Assembly: GCA_026002935.1 (NCBI GenBank)
Contig: BPGH01000001.1
Coordinates: forward strand, 171,965-235,964
Source: Acidimicrobiia bacterium
GTDB lineage: Bacteria; Actinomycetota; Acidimicrobiia; IMCC26256; PALSA-610
Direction of reading: 5' to 3'
Length of the DNA: 64,000 bases
Shown here: piece by piece, positions 1-7,877 of the stretch
How the letters are laid out: each line of letters opens with the position of its first letter
How positions within the stretch are numbered: the first letter of the stretch is position 1
Translations under genes and position numbers: made by a program
Notes under the pieces: generated by a model
What the model was told of the DNA's origin: nothing
The model's input: the letters and a program-made list of their open reading frames with translations, nothing else
Databases searched by the model: none

Positions 1-1176
1 CTCTGGGGCGCGACGACCGGGTTGGGCGTGGCGTTCGGCCCGATCTGCGGTGGCTGGCTGCTGGAGCACTTCTGGTGGGGCTCCGTCTTCCTCGCCCTCG
101 TACCGGTCGCGCTGTTCGTCGCGTTGCTCGTGGCGGTCGCCGTGCCGACCTCACGGGACCCCGACGCCCCGCCGGCGGACGTCGTCGGGCTCGTCCTGTC
201 CACGGCCGCGATCGGGACCCTCGTCTTCTCGATCATCGAGGCGCCCGAGCGGGGCTGGACGAGCGTCGCGACGCTCGCGGGCTTCGGCGCGGCCGTCGCG
301 CTCGGCGCGACCTTCGTCAGGTGGGAGCGCGACCACCGGACGCCGATGCTCGACGTGAGGCTGTTCGCGAACCCCCGGTTCTCGGCGGCGAGCGGGGCGG
401 TCGCGGTCGCCTTCTTCGCCCTCTTCGGCTTCGTCTTCCTGGTGACGCAGTACTTCCAGTTCCTGAAGGGGTACACGCCGCTCGGCACCGGCATCCGGCT
501 CCTGCCGGTCGCGGCGTCGATCGCCGTCGCCTCCGTCGTCGGCACCCGGCTGGCCGTGCGCATCGGGAACAAGGCCGTCGTCGCCGGCGGCCTCGTCTCG
601 CTGACCGCCGGCTACCTGTGGGTGGCGAGCGCCTCGGCGGCCACGGGCTACGGCGAGATCGTCGCGCAGATGATCCTGCTGGGTGGCGGCATGGGCCTCA
701 CGTCGGCGCCCGCGACGGAGGCGATCATGGGCGCGGTCACCACGGAGAAGGCGGGGATCGGCTCGGCGGTCAACGACGCCACGCGTGAACTGGGAGGGAC
801 GCTGGGCGTCGCCGTCATCGGGAGCGTGTTCGCGAGCCTCTACTCGCAGCGCCTGGCCGACCTCCCCGCCTTCCTGCCCACCGAGGCCCGCGACGCGGCC
901 GCCGAGTCCGTCGGTGCCGCGTTCGTCGCAGCCGACCGCGTCGAGGCGGCCGGGCTCCCCGGCGTGGCAGAGGCGCTGCGCGCCGTGGCATCGGACGCCT
1001 TCTTCAGCGGCTTCGCGGTCGGCTGCCTCGTCGCGGCCGGGGTCGCGGCACTCGGTGCGCTCGCCGCCGTCCGGCTGCTGCCGTCGCGGCCCGCGCCGCC
1101 GGCCCACGACGGGACAGCCGCCGGAGCTCCCCGTGGGCCAGGGGCGGACGTGGCGCTCGCGCAGTCGCCTACTTGA
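1..1176 (+). CDS. MFS-type transporter (drug:H+ antiporter-like); N-terminus lies outside the window
   Basis: The frame of ORF 22..1176 stays open back to nt 1 ([23 protein letters not shown]...). It has a long series of hydrophobic helices typical of MFS exporters. TGA at 1174-1176. Confidence 0.75.
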   Translation, partial: LWGATTGLGVAFGPICGGWLLEHFWWGSVFLALVPVALFVALLVAVAVPTSRDPDAPPADVVGLVLSTAAIGTLVFSIIEAPERGWTSVATLAGFGAAVALGATFVRWERDHRTPMLDVRLFANPRFSAASGAVAVAFFALFGFVFLVTQYFQFLKGYTPLGTGIRLLPVAASIAVASVVGTRLAVRIGNKAVVAGGLVSLTAGYLWVASASAATGYGEIVAQMILLGGGMGLTSAPATEAIMGAVTTEKAGIGSAVNDATRELGGTLGVAVIGSVFASLYSQRLADLPAFLPTEARDAAAESVGAAFVAADRVEAAGLPGVAEALRAVASDAFFSGFAVGCLVAAGVAALGALAAVRLLPSRPAPPAHDGTAAGAPRGPGADVALAQSPT

Positions 1177-1564
1177 GCTCGACCGTCGCGCCGGACTCCT
1201 CGAGCTTGGCCTTCGCCTTCTCGGCGTCCTCCTTCGACACCTTCTCGAGGACCGGCTTCGGGGCGCCGTCGACGAGGTCCTTGGCCTCCTTCAGGCCGAG
1301 GCTCGTCAGCTCGCGCACGACCTTGATGACCTGGATCTTCTTGTCGCCGGCGGCGGTGAGGACGACGTCGAACTCGTCCTGCTCCTCGGCGGCCTCGGCG
1401 GCGGCCGCGCCCCCGCCGGCGGCCGGGGCGGCCGCGGCGACCGCGACCGGGGCGGCCGCCGTCACGCCGAACTCCTCCTCGAAGGCCTTGAGGAACTCGT
1501 TCAGCTCCAGGACGGTCATGTTCTTGAAGACGTCGAGCAGCTCCTGCGTGCTCATGGTCGCCAT
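1169..1564 (-). CDS. rplL: 50S ribosomal protein L7/L12
   Basis: Intact 131 aa ORF: [34 protein letters not shown]...[50 protein letters not shown]. It lies directly downstream of rplJ. Confidence 0.95.
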   Translation of the reverse strand: MATMSTQELLDVFKNMTVLELNEFLKAFEEEFGVTAAAPVAVAAAAPAAGGGAAAAEAAEEQDEFDVVLTAAGDKKIQVIKVVRELTSLGLKEAKDLVDGAPKPVLEKVSKEDAEKAKAKLEESGATVELK

Positions 1565-1579
1565 GGTTCCTCGCTCCTG

Positions 1580-2405
1580 TCAGTCGGTCTCGGTGGGTGC
1601 GGCCTCGGCCCCCGGCGTCCCGGTCCCGCCCGGGTCCGCGCCCGCCCCGGCGGCGGGGGCCCCGGGCGCTCCGGGTGCGTCGGCCCCGTCCGCGTCCCCC
1701 GTCTCCCCGGCGGCGGGGGCCCCGGCAGCGGGCTCGGCAGCGGGGGCCCCGGCAGCGGGCTCGGCAGCGGAGGCCTCGGCAGCGGGGGCCTCGGCAGCGG
1801 GGGCCCCAGCAGCGGGTTCGGCGGCGCGGGCGCCGGCGGCCGGCTCGCCGGCGGCGACGCGCTGGTCGACGTAGGCCTTCAGCCCGTACGCGAAGTTGCG
1901 CGTGAACGCCTGGAACAGGCCCGCCGCCTTCGTGAGCGGGGCCTGGAAACCGCCGGCGAGGCGGGCGAGCAGCTCCTCGCGCGGCGGCACGTCGGCGAGC
2001 GCCTCGACGTCGGCGCGGCTGAGCAGCCGCGCCCCCAGCAGGCCCCCCTTCACCACCAGGTTCGGGTTGGTGCGGGCGAAGTCGCGCAGCGCCTTCGCGG
2101 CGGTCACGGCGTCGCCCACCGTCGCGACGGACGAAGGCGATGGCGACCGGGCCCTCGAGCTGGCCGAGGATGTCGTCGAGGCCCACCTCGGCGGCGGCCC
2201 GCCGGGCGAGGGTGTTCTTGAAGACCTTGTAGTCGGTCGCCGCCGGCCGCAGCGCGGCCCGCAGCTGGGCGATCTCGGCGACGGTCAGCCCGCGGTACTC
2301 CGTGAGCACGGCGGCGTCCGCCGCCTCGAGCCGGGTGCGGATGTCGTCGACGACGGCGGCCTTGCGCCGGAGCTGCGCGCTGTCGCTCGGTGCCCTGGTC
2401 GGCAT
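1580..2405 (-). pseudogene. rplJ: 50S ribosomal protein L10; reading frame broken once as assembled; carries a long Ala/Pro/Glu-rich C-terminal tail
   Basis: The N-terminal part (...EYRGLTVAEIAQLRAALRPAATDYKVFKNTLARRAAAEVGLDDILGQLEGPVAIAFV) is in the frame starting at 2405. The rest (GDAVTAAKALRDFARTNPNLVVKGG...) is in ORF 1580..2119. The junction is at 2120-2129. Length 826 nt is not a multiple of 3. Confidence 0.85.
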
Positions 2406-2601
2406 GTCGTTCCCCTCGGTGGCGGGCCGGGCGCCCGCGCGCCGCGCCGGGGCGGCGCGGCTCCGAGGGTCGCCTGGTCCGGCGGGCGGTGGCCCATTAC
2501 CTCGTGTCGAGACCGGAGGTCTTCGGCGGTCGATTGACGGGCGGAGATGGTAGCACCCGCCGGGCGGGCGCCGCCGTGCCGCCGCCCGCGGCGCGAGCGG
2601 G
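2406..2601 (-). promoter_or_regulatory. rplJ 5' leader region, a candidate L10 autoregulatory leader
   Basis: A 196 nt non-coding gap lies between the rplA stop and the rplJ start, with a locally lower-GC patch (2490-2550). An L10 leader is known at this position in other bacteria. I did not verify a fold. Confidence 0.25.
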
Positions 2602-3297
2602 TCAGTGCCCGTCGACGCGGGCGTCGGGGGCGATCTTCACGCCGGGGCCCATCGTCGACGACGCGGTCACCGCCTTCGATGTAGCGACCCTTGGCGGCCG
2701 CGGCTTGGCCCGGCACGATCTCCTCGAGCCACGGCCGTCAGTTGGCCACGAGCGCGCGGCACGGGAAGCTGGCCTTGCCGATCGGCACGTGCACGTTGCC
2801 GTAGCGGTCGGTGCGGTACTCGACCTTGCCGCCCTTGAACTCGGCGACCGCCTTGCCGACGTCGTTGGTGACCGTGCCGGTCTTCGGGTTCGGCATCAGG
2901 CCGCGCGGGCCGAGCACCCGGCCGAGCTTGCCGACCTCGGCATCAGGTCGGGCGTGGCGATCGCGACGTCGAAGTCGAGGCAGCCGCCCTCGATCTGGGC
3001 GGCGAGGTCGTCGGCGCCCACCACGTCGGCACCCGCCTCGCGCCTCGGCGGCCGCCTCGCCCGCGGCGAACACCGCCACCCGGACGTCCTTGCCGGTGCC
3101 CGGCGGCAACGGGACGGTGCCCCGCACCATCTGGTCGGCCTTGCGGGGATCGACGCCCAGCCGGAACGCGACCTCGACCGTCTCGTCGAAGCTTCGCGTG
3201 GCCAGCTCTTGACGAGCTCGAAGGCCTCGGCGGGCTCGTGCTGGCGCTGGCCGGTCGTAGCGCTTGGACGCGTCGAGTACGCTTGCCGTGTCGTCAT
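2602..3297 (-). pseudogene. rplA: 50S ribosomal protein L1, heavily frame-disrupted as assembled (about 12 small indels)
   Basis: L1 motifs are scattered over all three minus-strand frames: [28 protein letters not shown] / [50 protein letters not shown] / [33 protein letters not shown] / [57 protein letters not shown] / AAAKGRYI / TMGPGVKI. ATG at 3297, TGA at 2602-2604. Confidence 0.85.
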
Positions 3298-3378
3298 CGC
3301 TCGACTCCTTGCGGCTCCCTCGTGCGGGCCCGTGCGGTCCGGCCGGGCGAGGTCGTCCCGGCCGCGGGCGGCCGAGCG

Positions 3379-3805
3379 CTAGTCGACGACCTCGACGCCC
3401 ATCGACCGGGCGGTGCCCGGCGACCTGCGCCTTGGCCGCCTCGAGGTCGTCGCGTTCAGGTCGGGCATCTTCGTCTCGGCGATCTCGGAGCTGGTCCTCG
3501 GTGATCGTCGCCGACCGTCTCGCGGCCCGGGTTCTGCGACCCCTTCTCAGCCCGGCGGCCTGGCGCGAGCAGCACCGGCGTCGGCGGCGTCTTCGTGACG
3601 AAGGTGAACGACCGGTCCTCGTAGATGGTGATCTCGACCGGGATCACCGTGCCCCGCTGCGCCTCGGTGCCGCGTTGTACGCCTTGCAGAAGTCCATGAT
3701 GGCCACGCCGTGCGGCCCGAGCGCGGTGCCGACCGGCGGGGCGGGCGTCGCCGCCCCCGCGTCGATCTGGATCTTCACGATCGCCGCGACCTTCTTCTTG
3801 GCCAT
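3379..3805 (-). pseudogene. rplK: 50S ribosomal protein L11, frame-disrupted as assembled (about 7 small indels)
   Basis: [45 protein letters not shown] starts at 3805. It continues as [68 protein letters not shown] and [10 protein letters not shown] in shifting frames. TAG at 3379-3381. Confidence 0.85.
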
Positions 3806-3835
3806 CGTCCTTCGCGTTCTCTCGTGGGTGGGTGC

Positions 3836-4659
3836 CTAGAGCTTGGCGACGTCGGAGAACTCGAGCTCGACCGGGGTCTCGCGCCCGAAGATGTTCACGA
3901 GCACCTTGAGCTTCGACGGTCGACGTCGATCTCGCTGATGAGGCCGTTGAAGTCGGCGAACGGACCGGTCACTTGACCCGCACCGTGCTCGCCGACCTCG
4001 TACTCGAGGCGCGGCCGCACCTTCTTCTCCGCCGCCGGCCCCTCCGCCTTCTCACCGGTGCCGAGGATGTCCTCGACCTCCTTGCGCGACAGCGGGGTGG
4101 GGCGGGCGCCGCTGCCGACGAACCCGGTGACGCCCGGCGTGTTGCGCACGACGTACCAGGCGTCGTCGTCGAGCGACATGCGCACGAGGAGGTAGCCGGG
4201 GAACACCTTCTTCTGCACGACCACCTTGCGGCCGCCCTTGAACTCGACGACGTCCTCCATCGGGATGACGACCTCGAAGATCCGGTCCTCCACGTTCATC
4301 GACCGGACGCGGCTCGCGAGGTTCGACTTCACCTTGTTCTCGTAGCCGGACGTAGGTGTGCACGACGTACCAGCGGCCCGGCCGGTCGTACGGGCTCGGC
4401 TCGGGCTCGGGCACCTCCTCGACCTCGAGCAGCTCGGCGTCACCGAGGTCCTCGGGGTCGAGCGCGGCGGCACCGCCCTCGTCGCCGGACGCGGTGATCT
4501 CGGCGCGGTGGTGTCGGACGCGTCGTCGCCGGTCGCGGCGTCCTCGACGGCCACGGCGGCCTCCGGCGCGGAGGTCGACGCGCCGCCCGCGCGCTCGTCG
4601 GCGCCGGGCGCCTCGGCCGCCCCGCCGGGCTCGTCGTCGGTGTCGAAGAGGTGTGCCAT
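3836..4659 (-). pseudogene. nusG: Transcription termination/antitermination factor NusG with an acidic N-terminal extension; frame-disrupted as assembled
   Basis: MAHLFDTDDEPGG... starts at 4659. PYDRPGRWYVVHTY is in a second frame. SGYENKVKSNLASRVRSMNVEDRIFEVVIPMEDVVEFKGGRKVVVQKKVFPGYLLVRMSLDDDAWYVVRNTPGVTGFVG...[16 protein letters not shown] is back in the first frame. [25 protein letters not shown] is in a third frame, ending at TAG 3836-3838. Confidence 0.85.
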
Positions 4660-4931
4660 CAGCCGAAGATCAGCTCCACGAGGTTGAGCGAGGCCCAGTC
4701 GAACCCGAAGATGATCGCGGTCATCACGATCACGCCGATGATCACGACGATCGTCGACTGGACGACCTCGCCGCGCGTCGGCCACGCGACCTTCTTCATC
4801 TCGCCGGGACCTCGCGCAGGTACTGGCGCGGGCCGGTGCGCTCGGCCTGCGGCGCCGGGCGCGCGGCGCTCGGGCGCGCGCGGCCGGTCGACGCCACTGC
4901 GCGCCATCTGCCGCTTGGTCTGTCGGTTCAT
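4659..4931 (-). CDS. secE: Preprotein translocase subunit SecE
   Basis: MNRQTKRQMARSG...EMKKVAWPTRGEVVQSTIVVIIGVIVMTAIIFGFDWASLNLVELIFG has a single C-terminal TM helix. It sits in the canonical position between tRNA-Trp and nusG. Its TGA overlaps the nusG ATG by 1 nt. Confidence 0.8.
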   Translation of the reverse strand: MNRQTKRQMARSGVDRPRAPERRAPGAAGRAHRPAPVPARGPGEMKKVAWPTRGEVVQSTIVVIIGVIVMTAIIFGFDWASLNLVELIFG

Positions 4932-4981
4932 CAGGTCGCTCCGGACGCGAGGCGGCACCGGGACGTCGTCGCCCGGCACCC

Positions 4982-5054
4982 GCAGGGCAGGAGGGACTCG
5001 AACCCCCAACCGCCGGTTTTGGAGACCGGTGCTCTGCCAGTTGAGCTACTGCCC
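4982..5054 (-). tRNA. trpT: tRNA-Trp (anticodon CCA)
   Basis: The reverse complement reads AGGGCAGTAGCTCAACTGGCAGAGCACCGGTCTCCAAAACCGGCGGTTGGGGGTTCGAGTCCCTCCTGCCCTG. The acceptor stem pairs perfectly (AGGGCAG/CTGCCCT) and the anticodon loop is CTCCAAA. Confidence 0.9.
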
Positions 5055-5153
5055 TCCGGCCGGGGGCCGAGCACCCAGGTTAGCAGCGCGCCCTCGGGCG
5101 GCCCCCGGCGGCCCGGCGCGGCGACCGCCCCTCGCCCGCGCGACCGGGACCGC

Positions 5154-5507
5154 TCAGGCGACGGCGCGCCGGCGGGACCGGGCGATGATCAGGGCGGCGG
5201 CGGCGCCGGCGGCGAGGGCGGTGCCGACCGCCGCGCCGCCGTACGCGAGGCGGCGCGTCGTCACGTAGGTGCGCAGCGCGCCCCGCTCGGCGGCCTCGGT
5301 GATCGCGGCGAGCGTCTCGCCCAGCAGCCCCGGGGTCGGCTCGACGTAGCGCGCCCGCAGCAGCTCCAGCGTCCGCACGAGCTTGCGGTACCGGGCGACC
5401 TCCGCCTGGCACCGCAGGCACTGCTCGACGTGCCGGCGCACCTCCAGGTCCGTCGCGTCGTCGTCGACCAGGCCGGGGAGCACCGCCGCGACCTCGTCAC
5501 ACCGCAT
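5154..5507 (-). CDS. Anti-sigma factor (zf-HC2 type) with a C-terminal TM helix
   Basis: 117 aa with an H-x3-C-x2-C motif (HVEQCLRC) near the N-terminus and the hydrophobic segment LAYGGAAVGTALAAGAAAALII. It overlaps the upstream sigma gene by 11 nt. Confidence 0.7.
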   Translation of the reverse strand: MRCDEVAAVLPGLVDDDATDLEVRRHVEQCLRCQAEVARYRKLVRTLELLRARYVEPTPGLLGETLAAITEAAERGALRTYVTTRRLAYGGAAVGTALAAGAAAALIIARSRRRAVA

Positions 5508-6057
5508 GGGCCTCCGCTCCTTCCTCGTACAGCACGTCGCGCAGCTTCCGGCGCGCGCGGTGCAGCCGCACCTTCGCCGCCGCGACGGAGATGCCGAGCT
5601 CCTCGGCGATCGCCTCGTGCGGGAGGCCGTACACGTCCTTCAGCACGACGATCGTGCGGAGCTTCGGCGGGAGGTCGTCGACGGCGGCGCCGATGCGGGC
5701 GAGCACGTCGGTGGACTCGGCGGCCGCCGCCGGCTGGGCCTCGGCCCGGGGGTCGGCCGGCTCGGCGACCTCGTCGATCGGCTCCGCTCGGTGCCGGCGC
5801 CGCTTGCGCATGTGCGTCGCCGCCGCGTTGGCCGTGATGCGGTACATCCAGGTCGAGAACGCGGCGTCACCCCGGAACTTCCCGATGGCCCGCCAGGCCC
5901 GCAGGTAGGCGTCCTGCACCACGTCCTTCGCGTCCTCCTCGTTCCCCGTCAGGCGCCGCGCGAGCGTGAAGGTGTCGACGAAGGTGCGCCGCACCAGCTC
6001 GTCGAACGCGTCCCGGTCGCCGCGGCGGGCGGCGCCGATCAGCTCTTCGTCGTCCAA
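5497..6057 (-). CDS. ECF (group IV) RNA polymerase sigma factor
   Basis: 186 aa. Region 2 reads DAFDELVRR...EDAKDVVQDAYLRAWRAIGKFRGDAAFSTWMYRITANAAATHMRKRRR. Region 4 reads LPPKLRTIVVLKDVYGLPHEAIAEELGISVAAAKVRLHRARRKLRDVL. TTG start with a GGAAGG ribosome-binding site. Confidence 0.85.
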   Translation of the reverse strand: MDDEELIGAARRGDRDAFDELVRRTFVDTFTLARRLTGNEEDAKDVVQDAYLRAWRAIGKFRGDAAFSTWMYRITANAAATHMRKRRRHRAEPIDEVAEPADPRAEAQPAAAAESTDVLARIGAAVDDLPPKLRTIVVLKDVYGLPHEAIAEELGISVAAAKVRLHRARRKLRDVLYEEGAEAHAV

Positions 6058-6158
6058 CGGGTCGCCTTCCAGGCCGGGTGAACGGGTCGGACCCCGGGGC
6101 TGTGGAAAAGGTTACGCCCCGGGTCACCCCGGGGCGTCGGACCCTGCGGCCGGGCCGA

Positions 6159-6175
6159 GGCGGGCGGTTCCCGCC
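6159..6175 (-). terminator. GC hairpin downstream of rpmG
   Basis: GGCGGG-cggtt-CCCGCC forms a 6 bp stem with a 5 nt loop, 14 nt after the rpmG stop. There is no U-tract. Confidence 0.3.
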
Positions 6176-6188
6176 GGCCGGGGCCGGG

Positions 6189-6353
6189 CTAGCGCGTCTC
6201 CTTGTGGAGGGTGTGGCGCTTGTCCCAGCGGCAGTACTTCTTCATCTCGATGCGCTCGCGGTCGTTCACCTTGGACTTGACGGTGATGTAGTTGCGGCGC
6301 TTGCACTCCTCGCAGGCGAGGGTGACCTTCACGCGCTTGTCGGACTTCGGCAC
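6189..6353 (-). CDS. rpmG: 50S ribosomal protein L33
   Basis: (V)[53 protein letters not shown], 54 aa. GTG at 6353 preceded by GGGGAG. In the ORF track it is fused to the tuf C-terminus only because tuf has a frameshift. Confidence 0.9.
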   Translation of the reverse strand: MPKSDKRVKVTLACEECKRRNYITVKSKVNDRERIEMKKYCRWDKRHTLHKETR

Positions 6354-6364
6354 TGCTCGCTCCC

Positions 6365-7565
6365 CTACTTGATGATCTTGGTGACCCGGCCCGCAGCCGA
6401 CCGTCCGGCCACCCTCACGGATCGCGAACCGCAACCCCTCATCCATCGCGATCGGCGCGATCAACTCCACCGTCATCTCCGTGTTGTCCCCCGGCATCAC
6501 ACATCTCCGTCCCCTCCGGCAACCGGATCGTCCCCGTCACATCCGTCGTCCGGAAATAGAACTGCGGCCGGTAATTCGAAAAGAACGGCTTGTGACGACC
6601 ACCCTCCTCCTTGGTCAACACGTACACCTGCGCCTCGAACTCCGTGTGCGGCGTGATCGACCCCGGCTTCGCCAACACCTGACCCCGCTCCACCTCCTCC
6701 TTCTTCGTCCCCCGCAACAGCGCACCGATGTTGTCCCCCGCCTGACCCTCATCGAGCAGCTTCCGGAACATCTCCACCCCGGTCACCGTCGTCTTCTTCG
6801 TCGGCCGCAACCCCACGATCTCCACCTCGTCACCGGTCCGGACGACCCCCTGCTCCACCTTCGGCCGGTCACCACCGTCCCCCGACCCGTGATCGAGAAC
6901 ACGTCCTCGATCGGCATCAAGAACGGCTTGTCCAGATCCCGCACCGGCTCCGGCAAGTACGCATCCACCGCCTCCATCAACTCCATCGATCTGAGTCCTG
7001 CCCACGCGCTCGTCCCCCTCCAACGCCTTCAACGCCGACACCCGCACCACCGGCGCGTCATCACCCGGGAACTCGTACTCGTTCAACAACTCCCGCACCT
7101 CGAGCTCCACCAGCTCCAGCAACTCCTCATCGTCGACCGCGTCCGCCTTGTTCAACGCCACCACGATCGCCGGCACCCCCACCTGACGCGCCAACAACAC
7201 ATGCTCACGCGTCTGCGGCATCGGACCATCCGCCGCCGCCACCACCAAAATCGCCCCATCCACCTGCGCCGCACCCGTGATCATGTTCTTGATGTAATCC
7301 GCATGCCCCGGCATATCCACATGCGCGTAATGACGGTTCTCCGTCTCATACTCCACATGCGCGATCGATTGATCGTGATCCCCCGCTGCCGCTCCTCCGG
7401 AGCCTTATCAATCTGATCGAACGCCGTGATACGCCATTCCCCGGCATCCCGATCCGCCAACACCTTCGTGATCGCCGCCGTCAACGTCGTCTTCCCATGA
7501 TCAATATGACCCATCGTCCCCACGTTCACATGCGGCTTCGTCCGCTCGAACTTCTCCTTGGCCAT
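6365..7565 (-). pseudogene. tuf: Elongation factor Tu, five frame-breaking insertions as assembled, atypical codon usage
   Basis: [36 protein letters not shown]...ERQRGITIN starts at 7565. It continues as [42 protein letters not shown]..., [57 protein letters not shown]...[58 protein letters not shown] and AGRVTKIIK. Breaks lie near 7366, 7003, 6860, 6502 and 6395. 1201 nt minus 7 inserted nt gives 398 codons. Confidence 0.9.
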
Positions 7566-7639
7566 GGGTGCTGCTCTTTCGCGTCGGACCGGGGTCCCGG
7601 TGTCGGTCGGGTGTGTCGGCGAGCGGACCTGGTCTCGCG

Positions 7640-7716
7640 TGGTAGCGGAGGCGGGACTCGAACCCGCGACCCCACGATTATGAGCCGTGTGCTCTGACCA
7701 ACTGAGCTACTCCGCC
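7640..7716 (-). tRNA. metT: tRNA-Met (anticodon CAT), elongator type, CCA encoded
   Basis: The reverse complement reads GGCGGAGTAGCTCAGTTGGTCAGAGCACACGGCTCATAATCGTGGGGTCGCGGGTTCGAGTCCCGCCTCCGCTACCA. The anticodon stem is CACGG/TCGTG, without the three G-C pairs of an initiator. Position 1-72 is a G-U pair. Confidence 0.85.
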
Positions 7717-7751
7717 AACGACGGAGCGGCGCCCGCAGACGCCGCTCCGCG

Positions 7752-7824
7752 AGCCCCCTTACGGACTCGAACCGTAGACCCCTTCCTTACCATGGAAGTG
7801 CTCTGCCGACTGAGCTAAGGGGGC
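7752..7824 (-). tRNA. thrT: tRNA-Thr (anticodon GGT)
   Basis: The reverse complement reads GCCCCCTTAGCTCAGTCGGCAGAGCACTTCCATGGTAAGGAAGGGGTCTACGGTTCGAGTCCGTAAGGGGGCT. It forms a clean cloverleaf with anticodon loop ATGGTAA. Confidence 0.9.
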
Positions 7825-7877
7825 GAGGCCCGGTAAGGATAGCCGCCGCGACCGCCCCGACGGACCCGGAGACGCCC

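Noticed and set aside
2100-7565. Programmed ribosomal frameshifting or transcriptional slippage as an explanation for the broken translation genes.
   Set aside because: There are up to about 12 events per gene, in both directions (+1, +2, -1, -2, +10). The events share no slippery heptamer or homopolymer context. Several occur as compensating pairs. No known recoding mechanism works like this.
7640-7716. tRNA-Met read as an initiator tRNA or a pseudo-tRNA, because of the G1-U72 pair.
   Set aside because: The anticodon stem lacks the three consecutive G-C pairs of initiators. The rest of the cloverleaf is canonical. A G-U pair at position 1-72 is tolerable, or it may be one more base error in this region.
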